Positions 53,474-62,547 of a stretch of DNA of 64,000 nt are shown piece by piece. The number at the start of each line of letters is the position of its first letter. Position 1 is the first letter of the stretch. Under the pieces are notes generated by a model. The model saw nothing but the letters and a program-made list of their open reading frames with translations, had not been told where the DNA came from and made no database searches. Origin of the DNA: Candidatus Nomurabacteria bacterium (GTDB lineage Bacteria; Patescibacteriota; Patescibacteriia; HK-STAS-PATE-3); the NCBI GenBank assembly GCA_023898465.1, contig CP060223.1:608001-672000 (forward strand), read 5' to 3'. A program made the position numbers and the translations under genes.

Positions 53474-54163
53474 TTATTTTAGCACTTCTTGTACAGTCTT
53501 CCAGACTTGCTCAGCAATATGTTCGCGATCCTGCATCACGCCATTTTTGGTACACGTTATCACCTTCCAGGAAAAACGTGCTGATAAGCGATGCGCCATT
53601 TCCCAACTCGTCTGCTGATGACGTTTATTCTTTTCCAGACTATCGACAGCCTTTCCGCCCAGGTAATTACGATGACCTTTTGCTCGTACGAGCTTACGTC
53701 CTATGGTATGCGGCACGGAGAGAAAAACAGTCAGATCAGGCTTGAGCACTCCAAGTATGTGATACTCCATTTCTTCTAACCAATGGAGATACTCCTTCTG
53801 CTCCAAAGCTGTTTGAAACTTGGCCGCCTGATGCATCATGCTTGAGGAAGTATAGCGATTACAGACAACTACTTTCCCTTGCGCTAACCATTTATTCAAC
53901 TGATCCTTTGCCTGCCAACGATCAAGTGCATACAAGAGTGAGGCAAGATAAGGATTCACTTTTAGTGTCGGTCCAAATTTGCCCTGAATGAATTGACCGA
54001 CCATGGCCCCAAAGAAACTTTCATCATAACGAGGAAAATCAGCTAAGGCAGTCTGATACCCCTGCTTTTTTAGACGCTGAATAAGGAGACCAGCTTGCGT
54101 TGCCTTGCCAGATCCATCCACCCCGTCGAGTACGATCAGTTTTCCGCTTTGCTTCTTTTTCAC
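53474..54163 (-). CDS. tmk: Thymidylate kinase
   Basis: Its P-loop is LIVLDGVDGSGKATQAGLL, matching the Tmk signature. It has a DR(Y/W) motif region. Confidence 0.75.
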   Translation of the reverse strand: MKKKQSGKLIVLDGVDGSGKATQAGLLIQRLKKQGYQTALADFPRYDESFFGAMVGQFIQGKFGPTLKVNPYLASLLYALDRWQAKDQLNKWLAQGKVVVCNRYTSSSMMHQAAKFQTALEQKEYLHWLEEMEYHILGVLKPDLTVFLSVPHTIGRKLVRAKGHRNYLGGKAVDSLEKNKRHQQTSWEMAHRLSARFSWKVITCTKNGVMQDREHIAEQVWKTVQEVLK

Positions 54164-54223
54164 AGGCCAAGTTTAGCATACGCAAGAGCCAAATTCCAAG
54201 TTTTTTATCCAATGATGCATCAC

Positions 54224-54252
54224 TTGAAAAAAGCTGTAAAAACACCTACAAT
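54224..54252 (+). promoter_or_regulatory. sigma70-like promoter of the thyX-like gene
   Basis: It is TTGAAA, a 17 nt spacer and TACAAT, 18 nt upstream of the ATG at 54271. Confidence 0.45.
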
Positions 54253-54270
54253 CCCCATGCTTTTCCGCTA

Positions 54271-55974
54271 ATGATTCCACCCATGCCTACATTCACACCC
54301 GAAGAAATCGAAGTGCTCAAAAAGTATATCACCGACCCCACGGGTGATGTTTTTTGTATTAAAAACATGCCTGGTCTGGTTGGAGCAGCCTATGCCCGCT
54401 ACAGCCGTGCCCGTGGCGGATTTCGAGAAGTACTACTCAAAGAATTTATTAGCGAAGGGGTGGTAGACGCCGAGCATGCGGAAGATCTTATCGAGCGTGT
54501 CTTAATTGCCTATGGCGATGATTCAGTTGGCGAATTAGAAGGCGCTCACATCTCTTTTGAAAATATCTCCATACTTGCCACGAAAGAAATTGAAGAATGT
54601 CGCATTGGTGGCTCCCCCATCGAGCAATCCACTCGTTATGTTTTCTACGACCAAAAAGATGCGCAGGGAAAATATAAATACATTGTCCCGCCTGAACTAG
54701 AAGGAAGCGATTTAGCAAATGAATATACCGAGGCCATGGACTTCCTCTTTGACACCTACTGCCGCCTCATCGAACCCATGAAGGAATTTTATAAGAAGCG
54801 ATTGCCCCTGAAGCAAGCTGAATATGATGTGCTAGGAAATGGCAATAAGCAGCACTATGAAGAGCTGGAAAATGAAAAAGACCAAAAAGCCTTTAAGACA
54901 ACTTATAACATGGATATTCGCACAAAGGCCTGCGACACTTTGCGCTATATCCTCCCACTAGCAACGACCACCAACGTCGGTATTTTTGGCAATGGCCGAT
55001 TCCATCAAAGCATGATCTCTGCTCTACTCTCCAGTCATTTTCGAGAAACCCAAAGGCTGGGCGATGCGGCTTTGCGAGAGCTGAGTAAAATAATTCCGGT
55101 CTATGTGCGGCGCGCCAAGCGAGATGAATATCGCACCACGATTGAACATGACATGGAACGCTTAGTAAGCGACTTACTCGCCAATGTGGAGGCAGAAACC
55201 CCGACTGAAGAAATACACCTTATGGACGAAGGCGAGGCGTATATTGCGAAACATTTGAACGGCCAAAGCGACCCTGCGGCGCTTCGTCAAGCTATAGCCC
55301 GATATCGTGATACTTCCCTCCTGGCCCACATCCTCTATGCCTACGCCCAGCATCCTTTGTCACAGCTAATGGATTTTGTTGAGCAACTTTCAGAAGAAAA
55401 ACGTAAAGAGATTATTGATACCTACATTGGTCAGCGCCGCACCCGTCGTGACCGCCCTTATCGTGCTTTTGAAAGCGGCTACCCCTACACCTTTGACCTG
55501 GTTACCGACTTTGGCAGCTACAAAGATCTCATGCGCCATCGCATGACCACGCAGCTACGTCAGCGCTTCTCGCCTGAGCTGGGCTTTGCCATGCCGCAAG
55601 ATATTATTGAGGCAGGCTTCAGCGAAGAGATTCAGGCTTGTCATGAGCGCTCACAAGAACTTTATCGCAAGCTAGCCAAGCAACTTCCTCAGATTGCTCA
55701 ATATGCTGCCCTGCACGGCTCTAAAGTGCGCTGGGTGATTGGGATGAACGAACGAGAGGCCTATCACCTACTTGAACTCCGCACCACTCCACAGGGCCAT
55801 CCTGCCTATCGTAAAGTCGGCCAGGAGATGCACAAACGTATTCAGGAGCGTTCAGCTTGGCGCGCCGCCCGTATGAGCTTTGTTGACCACAACAGCTACA
55901 CCTCTGCTCGCGGCGACTCAGAGGCAAAGCAGCGAGTCAAAGAACGCAAATACGAAGAAACGCACGGCGCCTAA
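54271..55974 (+). CDS. Flavin-dependent thymidylate synthase-like protein (Thy1/ThyX family, double-length ~567 aa)
   Basis: Its ThyX-like N-terminus is MPGLVGAAYARYSRA. It has an RHR-containing segment (YKDLMRHRMTTQLRQRF) resembling the ThyX motif RHRxxSxxxLxQRY. The track ORF begins upstream at 54100 and overlaps tmk. I place the start at the internal Met that has a promoter. Confidence 0.5.
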   Translation: MIPPMPTFTPEEIEVLKKYITDPTGDVFCIKNMPGLVGAAYARYSRARGGFREVLLKEFISEGVVDAEHAEDLIERVLIAYGDDSVGELEGAHISFENISILATKEIEECRIGGSPIEQSTRYVFYDQKDAQGKYKYIVPPELEGSDLANEYTEAMDFLFDTYCRLIEPMKEFYKKRLPLKQAEYDVLGNGNKQHYEELENEKDQKAFKTTYNMDIRTKACDTLRYILPLATTTNVGIFGNGRFHQSMISALLSSHFRETQRLGDAALRELSKIIPVYVRRAKRDEYRTTIEHDMERLVSDLLANVEAETPTEEIHLMDEGEAYIAKHLNGQSDPAALRQAIARYRDTSLLAHILYAYAQHPLSQLMDFVEQLSEEKRKEIIDTYIGQRRTRRDRPYRAFESGYPYTFDLVTDFGSYKDLMRHRMTTQLRQRFSPELGFAMPQDIIEAGFSEEIQACHERSQELYRKLAKQLPQIAQYAALHGSKVRWVIGMNEREAYHLLELRTTPQGHPAYRKVGQEMHKRIQERSAWRAARMSFVDHNSYTSARGDSEAKQRVKERKYEETHGA

Positions 55975-56312
55975 CTAAAAGCGCTGAACCGAGCAAAGGC
56001 TTGCCCTTCAAGAAAAGAACTGCTAGGGTGGTTTTGTTCTTTCCGGTGTTGTGGATGAAGTCTGGCGAAGTCTTAGGACTCGCTGGATATACGTAGAGTC
56101 CCTTTTTCCCTCTCATTCGGGGTATCTCGTATCCGAGCTTAGGATCTGTCCGATGGACTAGGGAAATACCCTCCTTACGCGGGACAGCGCGGTTTCCTGA
56201 TGTGAGCCCATTGTCTGATTGTCTCCCCCACTCTCACAAGGTCGGAGAGGAGCGATCACGCAAGTAACTCACAAGATCGGCACACCAGGCCCTCGGCATT
56301 CACAACAAACCA

Positions 56313-56343
56313 CCCCTTGCTCTGTCCAAGCAGGGGGTGTTTT
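56313..56343 (+). terminator. Strong rho-independent terminator (plus-strand orientation) abutting the coaE stop
   Basis: It is CCCCTTGCT-ctgtcca-AGCAGGGGG followed by TGTTTT. The 9-bp stem contains one G-U pair. It lies 340 nt after the thyX-like stop. Confidence 0.6.
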
Positions 56344-56943
56344 CTATCCTTCGAGCTTCTTCAACACTGTATCAACTTTTTGATAAAGCTCATCCTGCCC
56401 TCCATTATTCTCAATCCGATAATCTGCCATTGCAACACAGCGATGAATGTTCTGTTTATGCGGATCATCGCTTCGCATCTCCCGCTCCTCCTCAGCTACA
56501 AACTCCGCAAAGGTGACGTTATCGGTATCAGTTAATCCCCGCTTATACAAGCGCTCATAACGCAGCTTTTGATCAGCATCTAAAGCAATAACCACGCCGC
56601 CCATTTTTTGCACTGCCTCCACTTCAGCTGGCACGCGGATGCTCTCCACAATCACCCGGTCAGATTCAGCTAAACCCCTTCGGGCCATAGTGGCGATAAC
56701 ATAGTCAGGACCAAACTGCCGCCGCAAATCATTTCCTACCTGCACCAACATATCACGGTTTTCTGCTAAGCCGCGCTTTTGAATTTCGGCGCGAATAAAT
56801 TCACGTGCTGAGTAATGTTGATACCCTTTTTGAATGAGATACTCCGAAACAGCACCTTTACCAGCTGCCAGCGTGCCGGTCAAACCAATGAGTTTTGGAG
56901 CCGGTTTAGGGATTTCTGCCGGACGAGTTGAGATGCATACCAT
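56344..56943 (-). CDS. coaE: Dephospho-CoA kinase-like P-loop kinase
   Basis: It carries IGLTGTLAAGKGAV (compare GLTGGIxSGKST). Its C-terminus ADYRIENNGGQDELYQKV resembles the CoaE C-terminus. Confidence 0.55.
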   Translation of the reverse strand: MVCISTRPAEIPKPAPKLIGLTGTLAAGKGAVSEYLIQKGYQHYSAREFIRAEIQKRGLAENRDMLVQVGNDLRRQFGPDYVIATMARRGLAESDRVIVESIRVPAEVEAVQKMGGVVIALDADQKLRYERLYKRGLTDTDNVTFAEFVAEEEREMRSDDPHKQNIHRCVAMADYRIENNGGQDELYQKVDTVLKKLEG

Positions 56944-56945
56944 AC

Positions 56946-57554
56946 TTAATCGGTATTATGGTCAACCAGGCAGAATGGGGGGTTGCCTCCACTTCGCTCA
57001 AAATAGAGTGGCGCAGTACCGCTATCCCCTTCGGCATACTCTAAGCTCTTTTCAATACGACAGTGCATTAAATATGACTGCACGTTATTCACATCTCGCT
57101 CAGATTGCTGCACCACATAGCGGCAATTATATGGCGTGTCTTGTACCTCTTGGCCAAGCGGATCAAAAAAGCCCGTGATGTTGATGTAGTCTGGATAGAG
57201 AATATCGAGGAAACCGTCTGAGGCAGAATTCTCAAACTTCAGGTTTGGATAATTGCCAGTGCAACTGCCATCCAGCTGTGTGTAACCATAGTGGAAGTGA
57301 AAATAGTTGTTCCCGGCTGGAAAGGTATAGGTTGCACCGCCCACTCCGAGTCTTTGACCCGGATAACGCTGATTGTCGTCATAGTACAAAACTAAAGCAT
57401 CAGCAAAATCATTGAGCCAAGATACCCGCTCAGTATCCCTGGTCTTGGCCCGAACCGTTTCGTAATTAAGTGCAATGACAATACTCGAGAGGATGCCAAT
57501 AATAGCGATAACAATGAGGAGCTCAATTAAGGTAAATCCAGAAGTGTTTTTCAT
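56946..57554 (-). CDS. Type IV pilin / pseudopilin (prepilin-type N-terminal methylation domain)
   Basis: Its N-terminus is MKNTSGFTLIELLIVIAIIGILSSIVI, which is a class III signal and methylation motif. Confidence 0.8.
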   Translation of the reverse strand: MKNTSGFTLIELLIVIAIIGILSSIVIALNYETVRAKTRDTERVSWLNDFADALVLYYDDNQRYPGQRLGVGGATYTFPAGNNYFHFHYGYTQLDGSCTGNYPNLKFENSASDGFLDILYPDYINITGFFDPLGQEVQDTPYNCRYVVQQSERDVNNVQSYLMHCRIEKSLEYAEGDSGTAPLYFERSGGNPPFCLVDHNTD

Positions 57555-57609
57555 ACGCTAAAGTACACTCAGTATATCATGAGTTACTCTACTTGTAAGA
57601 AAGGCCAGG

Positions 57610-58038
57610 TTAACTACGACCAGTGCTTCCGAAACCACCCTCACCACGGGCGGTAGCTGAGAGCTCGGCTGCTTCCTCAATTTCTACATGACCGGACTGG
57701 AATATGAGGAACTGCGCGATACGCTCACCCTTTTCTACAGTGTAATCCTCACCACTAGTATTCAGCAGCATCACTTTAATTTCACCGCGATAGCCAGGAT
57801 CAATCATGCCGCCAAGGATGGTAATGCCGTGCTTGAATGCCAATCCAGAACGATCCCAGACAAGACCGACATGACCTAAGGGAATTTCAAAAGCCAGCCC
57901 GGTGCCAAAACCGCGCGCTTGTCCAGCAGGAATCACACCTGCCTCGGTTGTGCAGAGATCAATCGCCGCATCTTCTTCACCATGTGCATACTCTGGTAAC
58001 TTCGCATCCTCGTGCAGTTTCTGAACTCGTACTTTCAT
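57610..58038 (-). CDS. dut: dUTP diphosphatase
   Basis: It has dUTPase motifs (AAIDL; GLVWDRSG; GMIDPGYRGEI; RIAQ). Confidence 0.85.
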   Translation of the reverse strand: MKVRVQKLHEDAKLPEYAHGEEDAAIDLCTTEAGVIPAGQARGFGTGLAFEIPLGHVGLVWDRSGLAFKHGITILGGMIDPGYRGEIKVMLLNTSGEDYTVEKGERIAQFLIFQSGHVEIEEAAELSATARGEGGFGSTGRS

Positions 58039-58039
58039 A

Positions 58040-58516
58040 TTATTTTTCCTCTTTAGCTAATTGACTACGATACTGTCTATATTTCACTCCAGCAGCATCA
58101 AGTATGCGGCGAGAAGCAACCCAAACCGGCCGGTCGTGATTGCGATCGCTCTCAAATACCACTTCCTTAATTCCTGTTTGCACTATTGTTTTAGCGCATT
58201 CATTGCATGGGAAAAGTAAGCAGTAGAGAATTCCACCCTTGGTGCTCTGATTTGCGTTGTAGATAGCGTTCTCCTCAGCGTGGACCACATAGGTATTTTT
58301 CACGTTGAGAAAATCACCTTCGCTATCCCAAGGGAAATCGTGCTCAGTCCCCCGCGGCCAGCCATTATAGCCCATACCGACGATGACGTTGTCTTGATTT
58401 ACAATCACCGCTCCGGTCTGGGTAGACGGATCCTTGGAGCGCTGGCTAATCACATGCGCCATCTGCATCAGGCATTCGTCCCAGGAAAGATAGTTTTCTC
58501 GTGGAGGACGCGCCAT
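58040..58516 (-). CDS. dCMP deaminase (ComEB-like)
   Basis: It has the zinc-binding H(A)E motif (VVHAEENAI) and the PCxxC motif (LFPCNECAKTIV). Confidence 0.8.
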   Translation of the reverse strand: MARPPRENYLSWDECLMQMAHVISQRSKDPSTQTGAVIVNQDNVIVGMGYNGWPRGTEHDFPWDSEGDFLNVKNTYVVHAEENAIYNANQSTKGGILYCLLFPCNECAKTIVQTGIKEVVFESDRNHDRPVWVASRRILDAAGVKYRQYRSQLAKEEK

Positions 58517-58521
58517 CGGGT

Positions 58522-59208
58522 TTAATCCAGGCTTACTTTGATGCCCGGCCCCATTGAGGAGCTCAGGGTCACTGACTTCATGAATGTGCCCTTAGCCTCG
58601 CTTGGCTTTGCTCGACGTACTGCGTCAACAAAAGCGTCAATATTCTCGCGCAGTTGTGCGTCAGCGAAAGAAACGCGACCAACTAGTTGATGCACATTCC
58701 CAGTGGTGTCAGAGCGGAAAGTAGCTTTACCTTTTTTCAAGGCCTTCACTGCTTCAGCAGGGTTTGCAGTAACTGTTTCGTTGCGTGGGTTTGGCATGAG
58801 ACCTTTTTGTCCAAGCGTCTTCGCAATTGGACCAAGTGCTTTCATTAAGGTTGGATGCGCAACTGCGACATCAAAGTTTGTCTTATTGGTGGTCTTAATT
58901 TCCTTTACCAGCTCTTCACCGCCAACCACATCCGCACCAGCTGCTTTTACCTCTTCTACCATATTCGCAGGCACAAAGGCGGCCACTTTTAAGGTCTTGC
59001 CAGTGCCGTGGGGCAACTGCACTGTACCACGGACAATTTGATCGGCCTTTTTAGCATCAATGCCGAGACGGAAATGCAGCTCAACACCTTCATCAAATTT
59101 TGTAGATGCTTGGCTTTTAATAAGTTGCAGCGCCTCATCAATAGTGTAAAGCTTGGCTGCTTCAATTTTTTCATTATTAGCGTTATAGCGCTTTGATCGA
59201 CTGCTCAT
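58522..59208 (-). CDS. rplA: 50S ribosomal protein L1
   Basis: It carries KFDEGVELHFRLGIDAKKADQIVRGTVQLPHGTGK, which is typical of L1. Confidence 0.9.
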   Translation of the reverse strand: MSSRSKRYNANNEKIEAAKLYTIDEALQLIKSQASTKFDEGVELHFRLGIDAKKADQIVRGTVQLPHGTGKTLKVAAFVPANMVEEVKAAGADVVGGEELVKEIKTTNKTNFDVAVAHPTLMKALGPIAKTLGQKGLMPNPRNETVTANPAEAVKALKKGKATFRSDTTGNVHQLVGRVSFADAQLRENIDAFVDAVRRAKPSEAKGTFMKSVTLSSSMGPGIKVSLD

Positions 59209-59231
59209 ACAATACTTTCAGGATTCAAGAA

Positions 59232-60200
59232 TTAAGAAGTAACTGACGGGTTCGATGCGTCTGGACTTAGGTCATCCTCATCTTTGCGCACCCGCATCCA
59301 ATGATAGAGGAAGAGTGGCAAACCAACTAAAAGGAATGGAATGCTCACGGAAAGCTCGTTCTGTATCCGGCTCGGTCGAGCGTTTTCTTCAACCTGAGCA
59401 TAAGCGGCATCGTAATCAAGCAACCACTGCTTAGCTAGCTGCACATCAGCTTCGCTAAACTCACAAGCCTCAGCACAATCAATCACTGACTGTACGCCCT
59501 GCGACTCGAGAGAGTCTGGCCGCGCAACAACTGCCACTGATTGATTCTCATAGCTTTCTGGATAGATCCAGGCCCGTAAAGCGGTATTAATGAGGAATCC
59601 GCTTGAAATCACGATTGCCAAGAGTCCAACGAGAGAGAAAGACCAGTAATAAATCGCTCGGGTGACATGCGGCGAATCAGTCTGCTTTTGCTCATTCTTC
59701 CGCACCATGCGCCAGTGCAAGAAGTAGGTTATTCCGGCAACGATCAAGAGAGAAATTGCCGTAACCAATGCCATTGGATTCTGAGTCGTGGAATTATCCT
59801 GAGACTCTTGCCATTGCACGTAGCTTGATTTCCATTCGGTAAATGCGGTTGCATTATCGCCTTCAAAAGCGCAATTCTCACTGCAGTCCAAAGTAGCACT
59901 ACCAAGCTTTGTTTCAGGCAAATACATGCCAGGAGGAACATTCGCACCGTACTCTACGCCGTCGGCCTCAGGCAAAAAAGTTGCCTTGGCACCAAGATTG
60001 AGCAGCGTAGCTACCGAGAAGGTAATAATCAACAAAGTGACAAAAGATACCAAATACAGGTAGATGTGCTTCACAATTGAAGCCTTTTTGCCACTGCTTT
60101 TTGTGTCTTGTCCAGCGCCAATGAAAAAAGCAATCGCCGTTATGGCCGTGAGAGCTCCACCAATTGGAATGAGCATAATGAGGATCGCTTCGCTTGGCAT
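59232..60200 (-). CDS. Membrane protein with internal duplication, inserted between rplK and rplA
   Basis: It has two repeated units. Each is TM-TM followed by an ectodomain with DCxExCxF...W...Y (TLDCSENCAFEGD... and VIDCAEACEFSEAD...). I recognised no family. Confidence 0.45.
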   Translation of the reverse strand: MPSEAILIMLIPIGGALTAITAIAFFIGAGQDTKSSGKKASIVKHIYLYLVSFVTLLIITFSVATLLNLGAKATFLPEADGVEYGANVPPGMYLPETKLGSATLDCSENCAFEGDNATAFTEWKSSYVQWQESQDNSTTQNPMALVTAISLLIVAGITYFLHWRMVRKNEQKQTDSPHVTRAIYYWSFSLVGLLAIVISSGFLINTALRAWIYPESYENQSVAVVARPDSLESQGVQSVIDCAEACEFSEADVQLAKQWLLDYDAAYAQVEENARPSRIQNELSVSIPFLLVGLPLFLYHWMRVRKDEDDLSPDASNPSVTS

Positions 60201-60204
60201 ATGG

Positions 60205-60630
60205 TTATCCTTCTATGGTAATACCCATGTTACGGGCAGTACCCTCAATGATTTTCATAGCTGCTTCGATATCGCGGGCATTCAGGTCAGGCATTTTCTT
60301 TTCGGCGATTTCTCGCACCTGTGCTTTGGTAATTTTGCCCACTTTATTTTTTAACTGATCACCGGAACCTTTTGGCACGCCAGCTGCTTTGATAATTAAG
60401 ACAGAGGCCGGTGGAGTCTTTAATACAAAGTCAAAGGTGCGGTCTTCGTAGATGGAAATGACTACCGGGGTAGTCTCCCCCATCCGATCGCGAGTCGCAT
60501 CATTGAATTGCTTCACAAAGTCGCCAATGTTGACGCCATGTGGTCCGAGCGCGGTACCGACTGGTGGCGCTGGTGTAGCTTGTCCCCCAGGGATCTGTAC
60601 CTTTACTTGTGTCTTCAGTTTCTTTGCCAT
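60205..60630 (-). CDS. rplK: 50S ribosomal protein L11
   Basis: Its N-terminus is [35 protein letters not shown]. Confidence 0.9.
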   Translation of the reverse strand: MAKKLKTQVKVQIPGGQATPAPPVGTALGPHGVNIGDFVKQFNDATRDRMGETTPVVISIYEDRTFDFVLKTPPASVLIIKAAGVPKGSGDQLKNKVGKITKAQVREIAEKKMPDLNARDIEAAMKIIEGTARNMGITIEG

Positions 60631-60632
60631 AG

Positions 60633-61178
60633 TTATAATTTCTTAATCTGGAGAAAGTCGAGTTCAACGGGAGTTTCACGGCCGAACATTGAGACGAGGA
60701 CCTTTACCTTACCTCGTGCTTCATCGACCTCAGAAACTTTACCTTCAAATTCCTTAAACGGACCATCAACGATCCGGACCGGACTACCCACACCCACGTC
60801 AATCTTATACTTCGGTTCTTCAACACCCATACGGCGTTGCAATTCCTTCACTTCATTTTCAGAAATTGGGGTCGGGGTCGTACCAGTACCTACGAATCCA
60901 GTTACATTCGGTGTGTTACGCACCACGTACCAGGAATCGTCAGTCACAATCATCTCCACCAAGACATATCCTGGGAAGATTTTTTCTGTCACTACTTTAC
61001 GTTTACCGTTTTTAATACGGATTTTGTTCTCGGTCGGAATCAAGACGCTAAAAATCTTGTCTTCCATATCCATGGATTCGATACGTTGTCGCAGGTTGCG
61101 AGCTACGTTTTCTTCGTATCCGGAGTAAGTGTGGAGCACATACCAACGGCGCCCCATTTGCAGTGTCTGCTTTGGCAT
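60633..61178 (-). CDS. nusG: Transcription termination/antitermination factor NusG
   Basis: Its NGN domain start is [12 protein letters not shown]. It has a KOW motif ([14 protein letters not shown]). Confidence 0.9.
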   Translation of the reverse strand: MPKQTLQMGRRWYVLHTYSGYEENVARNLRQRIESMDMEDKIFSVLIPTENKIRIKNGKRKVVTEKIFPGYVLVEMIVTDDSWYVVRNTPNVTGFVGTGTTPTPISENEVKELQRRMGVEEPKYKIDVGVGSPVRIVDGPFKEFEGKVSEVDEARGKVKVLVSMFGRETPVELDFLQIKKL

Positions 61179-61182
61179 ATCC

Positions 61183-61368
61183 TTATGTTAGGAAAGTTTC
61201 CAATAGAAAGTTTAAAGTATAGTCGACAATCCCTAAAAATGCAGCCACGCCTAGACTGACAGCAATAACCATCAGGGTATGGCGGGTAGTTTCACCGCGA
61301 GTCGGCCAGACGACCTTTTTTAGCTCGTCACGCGATTCACGGATGTAATTTACTAGGTGAAATGCCAC
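61183..61368 (-). CDS. secE: Preprotein translocase subunit SecE
   Basis: It is 61 aa and carries KVVWPTRGETTRHTLMVIAVSLGVAAFLGIVD, a single C-terminal TM helix. It lies immediately upstream of nusG. Confidence 0.8.
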   Translation of the reverse strand: MAFHLVNYIRESRDELKKVVWPTRGETTRHTLMVIAVSLGVAAFLGIVDYTLNFLLETFLT

Positions 61369-61545
61369 TATTGAAGCTCTTAAAAACCGCCCAATCCGGG
61401 CAGATGTCCACAGGATACGATATTTTTACCAAGTCGTCAAGTAGTCTCGGTAAACCATAGTAAAAAGAAAATCTGGATATATACACCTTCCCGTTTCACT
61501 GAGTCCCTGCCCGCCAAAGTCCAGCAAAACCGGACGAGGGCGTGG

Positions 61546-62538
61546 TCAAGTAGCCCTCTCTCGTATGCCAGTCCCTTCCCCTATCCATGTCACGAGCAGG
61601 TGTAAGGCAAAACCTAAGGCCAGCATAGTAAACATGTGCGAGAGTGAAGGAAGATACACAAAAGCGCCAAAGGCTATGCCTCCCACGATGTAATCAATCT
61701 GATCAAAGGGAAACCAGGACTGACCTGGGGCAATGTTCACTCGACGCTTAAAAAAGCTCTTAAGCAGATCGCCAGCTAGAGCCCCGAAGCCGAGTAAAGC
61801 TCCAAAGGAGAGACTCTGCGAGGTATAAGAAAAAAGGCTAATATCCTGCACCCAAGTATACTTGAGGTAAAGAAAGCGCTGCAGCCAAAATGTCAGCACA
61901 GCTCCAAGCACGCCGGCCAATATCCCTCGGTAGGTTTTATGGCTGCCGAACAAAGGCTGGCCATGAAAGTAGGCGCCAAAATCAACTGGCCAATTAGAAC
62001 GTGGGAAAAGCTTGACCGCAAAGATGGGAAACATATTTGCCACACCCATGGGTAAAAGCAACCAAAAACTGCTGAGTATGAGCGTGAGTGGATTTGCCTC
62101 AACATGCAGGAGTAGGGCGAGTAAAAAGATGAACCTGCCAGGCAAGGCAATGCTTTTGTGAAAGAAAATACCTACCAAAGAAAGAAGGGTGTTCACACAC
62201 CAGAGTGCAGCCCAAAATACGCCGAGTGGTAAGAAGATAACTGCCTCGGAAAAACGATCAAGGCCAATATCCACCAGCCAGCCATGTTGACTCCCCCGTT
62301 GATACTGTCGAGCCACAGCTCCGTCCAGCCAATCGAGAAAGAGGATAAAGATGAGCAGAGCGATAGTCCAAGCTCGACTGATGCTAAAGACTGGTATAAC
62401 AAACAAGCTTAAGCAGAAACCTACTAAGCTGATAGCATCGGGCGAAACATTTGGTAAGCGAAAAATCCAGAGCCGGCGAATCCAGGCACGGTATGTCTGC
62501 ACCCAAGTAAATCGCTGTGGGGCAGTCTGACTCTCCAT
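61546..62538 (-). CDS. Fused CDP-alcohol phosphatidyltransferase / CdsA-like (cytidylyltransferase-family) membrane protein
   Basis: The N-terminal half has the exact CDP-OH transferase motif D-x2-DG-x2-AR-x8-G-x3-D-x3-D (DWLDGAVARQYQRGSQHGWLVDIGLD). The C-terminal half carries HKTYRG...SFFKRRVNIAPGQSWFPFDQIDYI, resembling the CdsA signature SxFKR..G.KD....PGHGG..DR.DS. Confidence 0.55.
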   Translation of the reverse strand: MESQTAPQRFTWVQTYRAWIRRLWIFRLPNVSPDAISLVGFCLSLFVIPVFSISRAWTIALLIFILFLDWLDGAVARQYQRGSQHGWLVDIGLDRFSEAVIFLPLGVFWAALWCVNTLLSLVGIFFHKSIALPGRFIFLLALLLHVEANPLTLILSSFWLLLPMGVANMFPIFAVKLFPRSNWPVDFGAYFHGQPLFGSHKTYRGILAGVLGAVLTFWLQRFLYLKYTWVQDISLFSYTSQSLSFGALLGFGALAGDLLKSFFKRRVNIAPGQSWFPFDQIDYIVGGIAFGAFVYLPSLSHMFTMLALGFALHLLVTWIGEGTGIRERAT

Positions 62539-62547
62539 CGACCTCGC

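Noticed and set aside
54100-54270. Using the upstream ATG (54100) as the thyX-like start
   Set aside because: It would overlap the divergent tmk start by 64 nt and lies upstream of the recognisable promoter (-35 at 54224, -10 at 54247). The internal Met at 54271 fits better.
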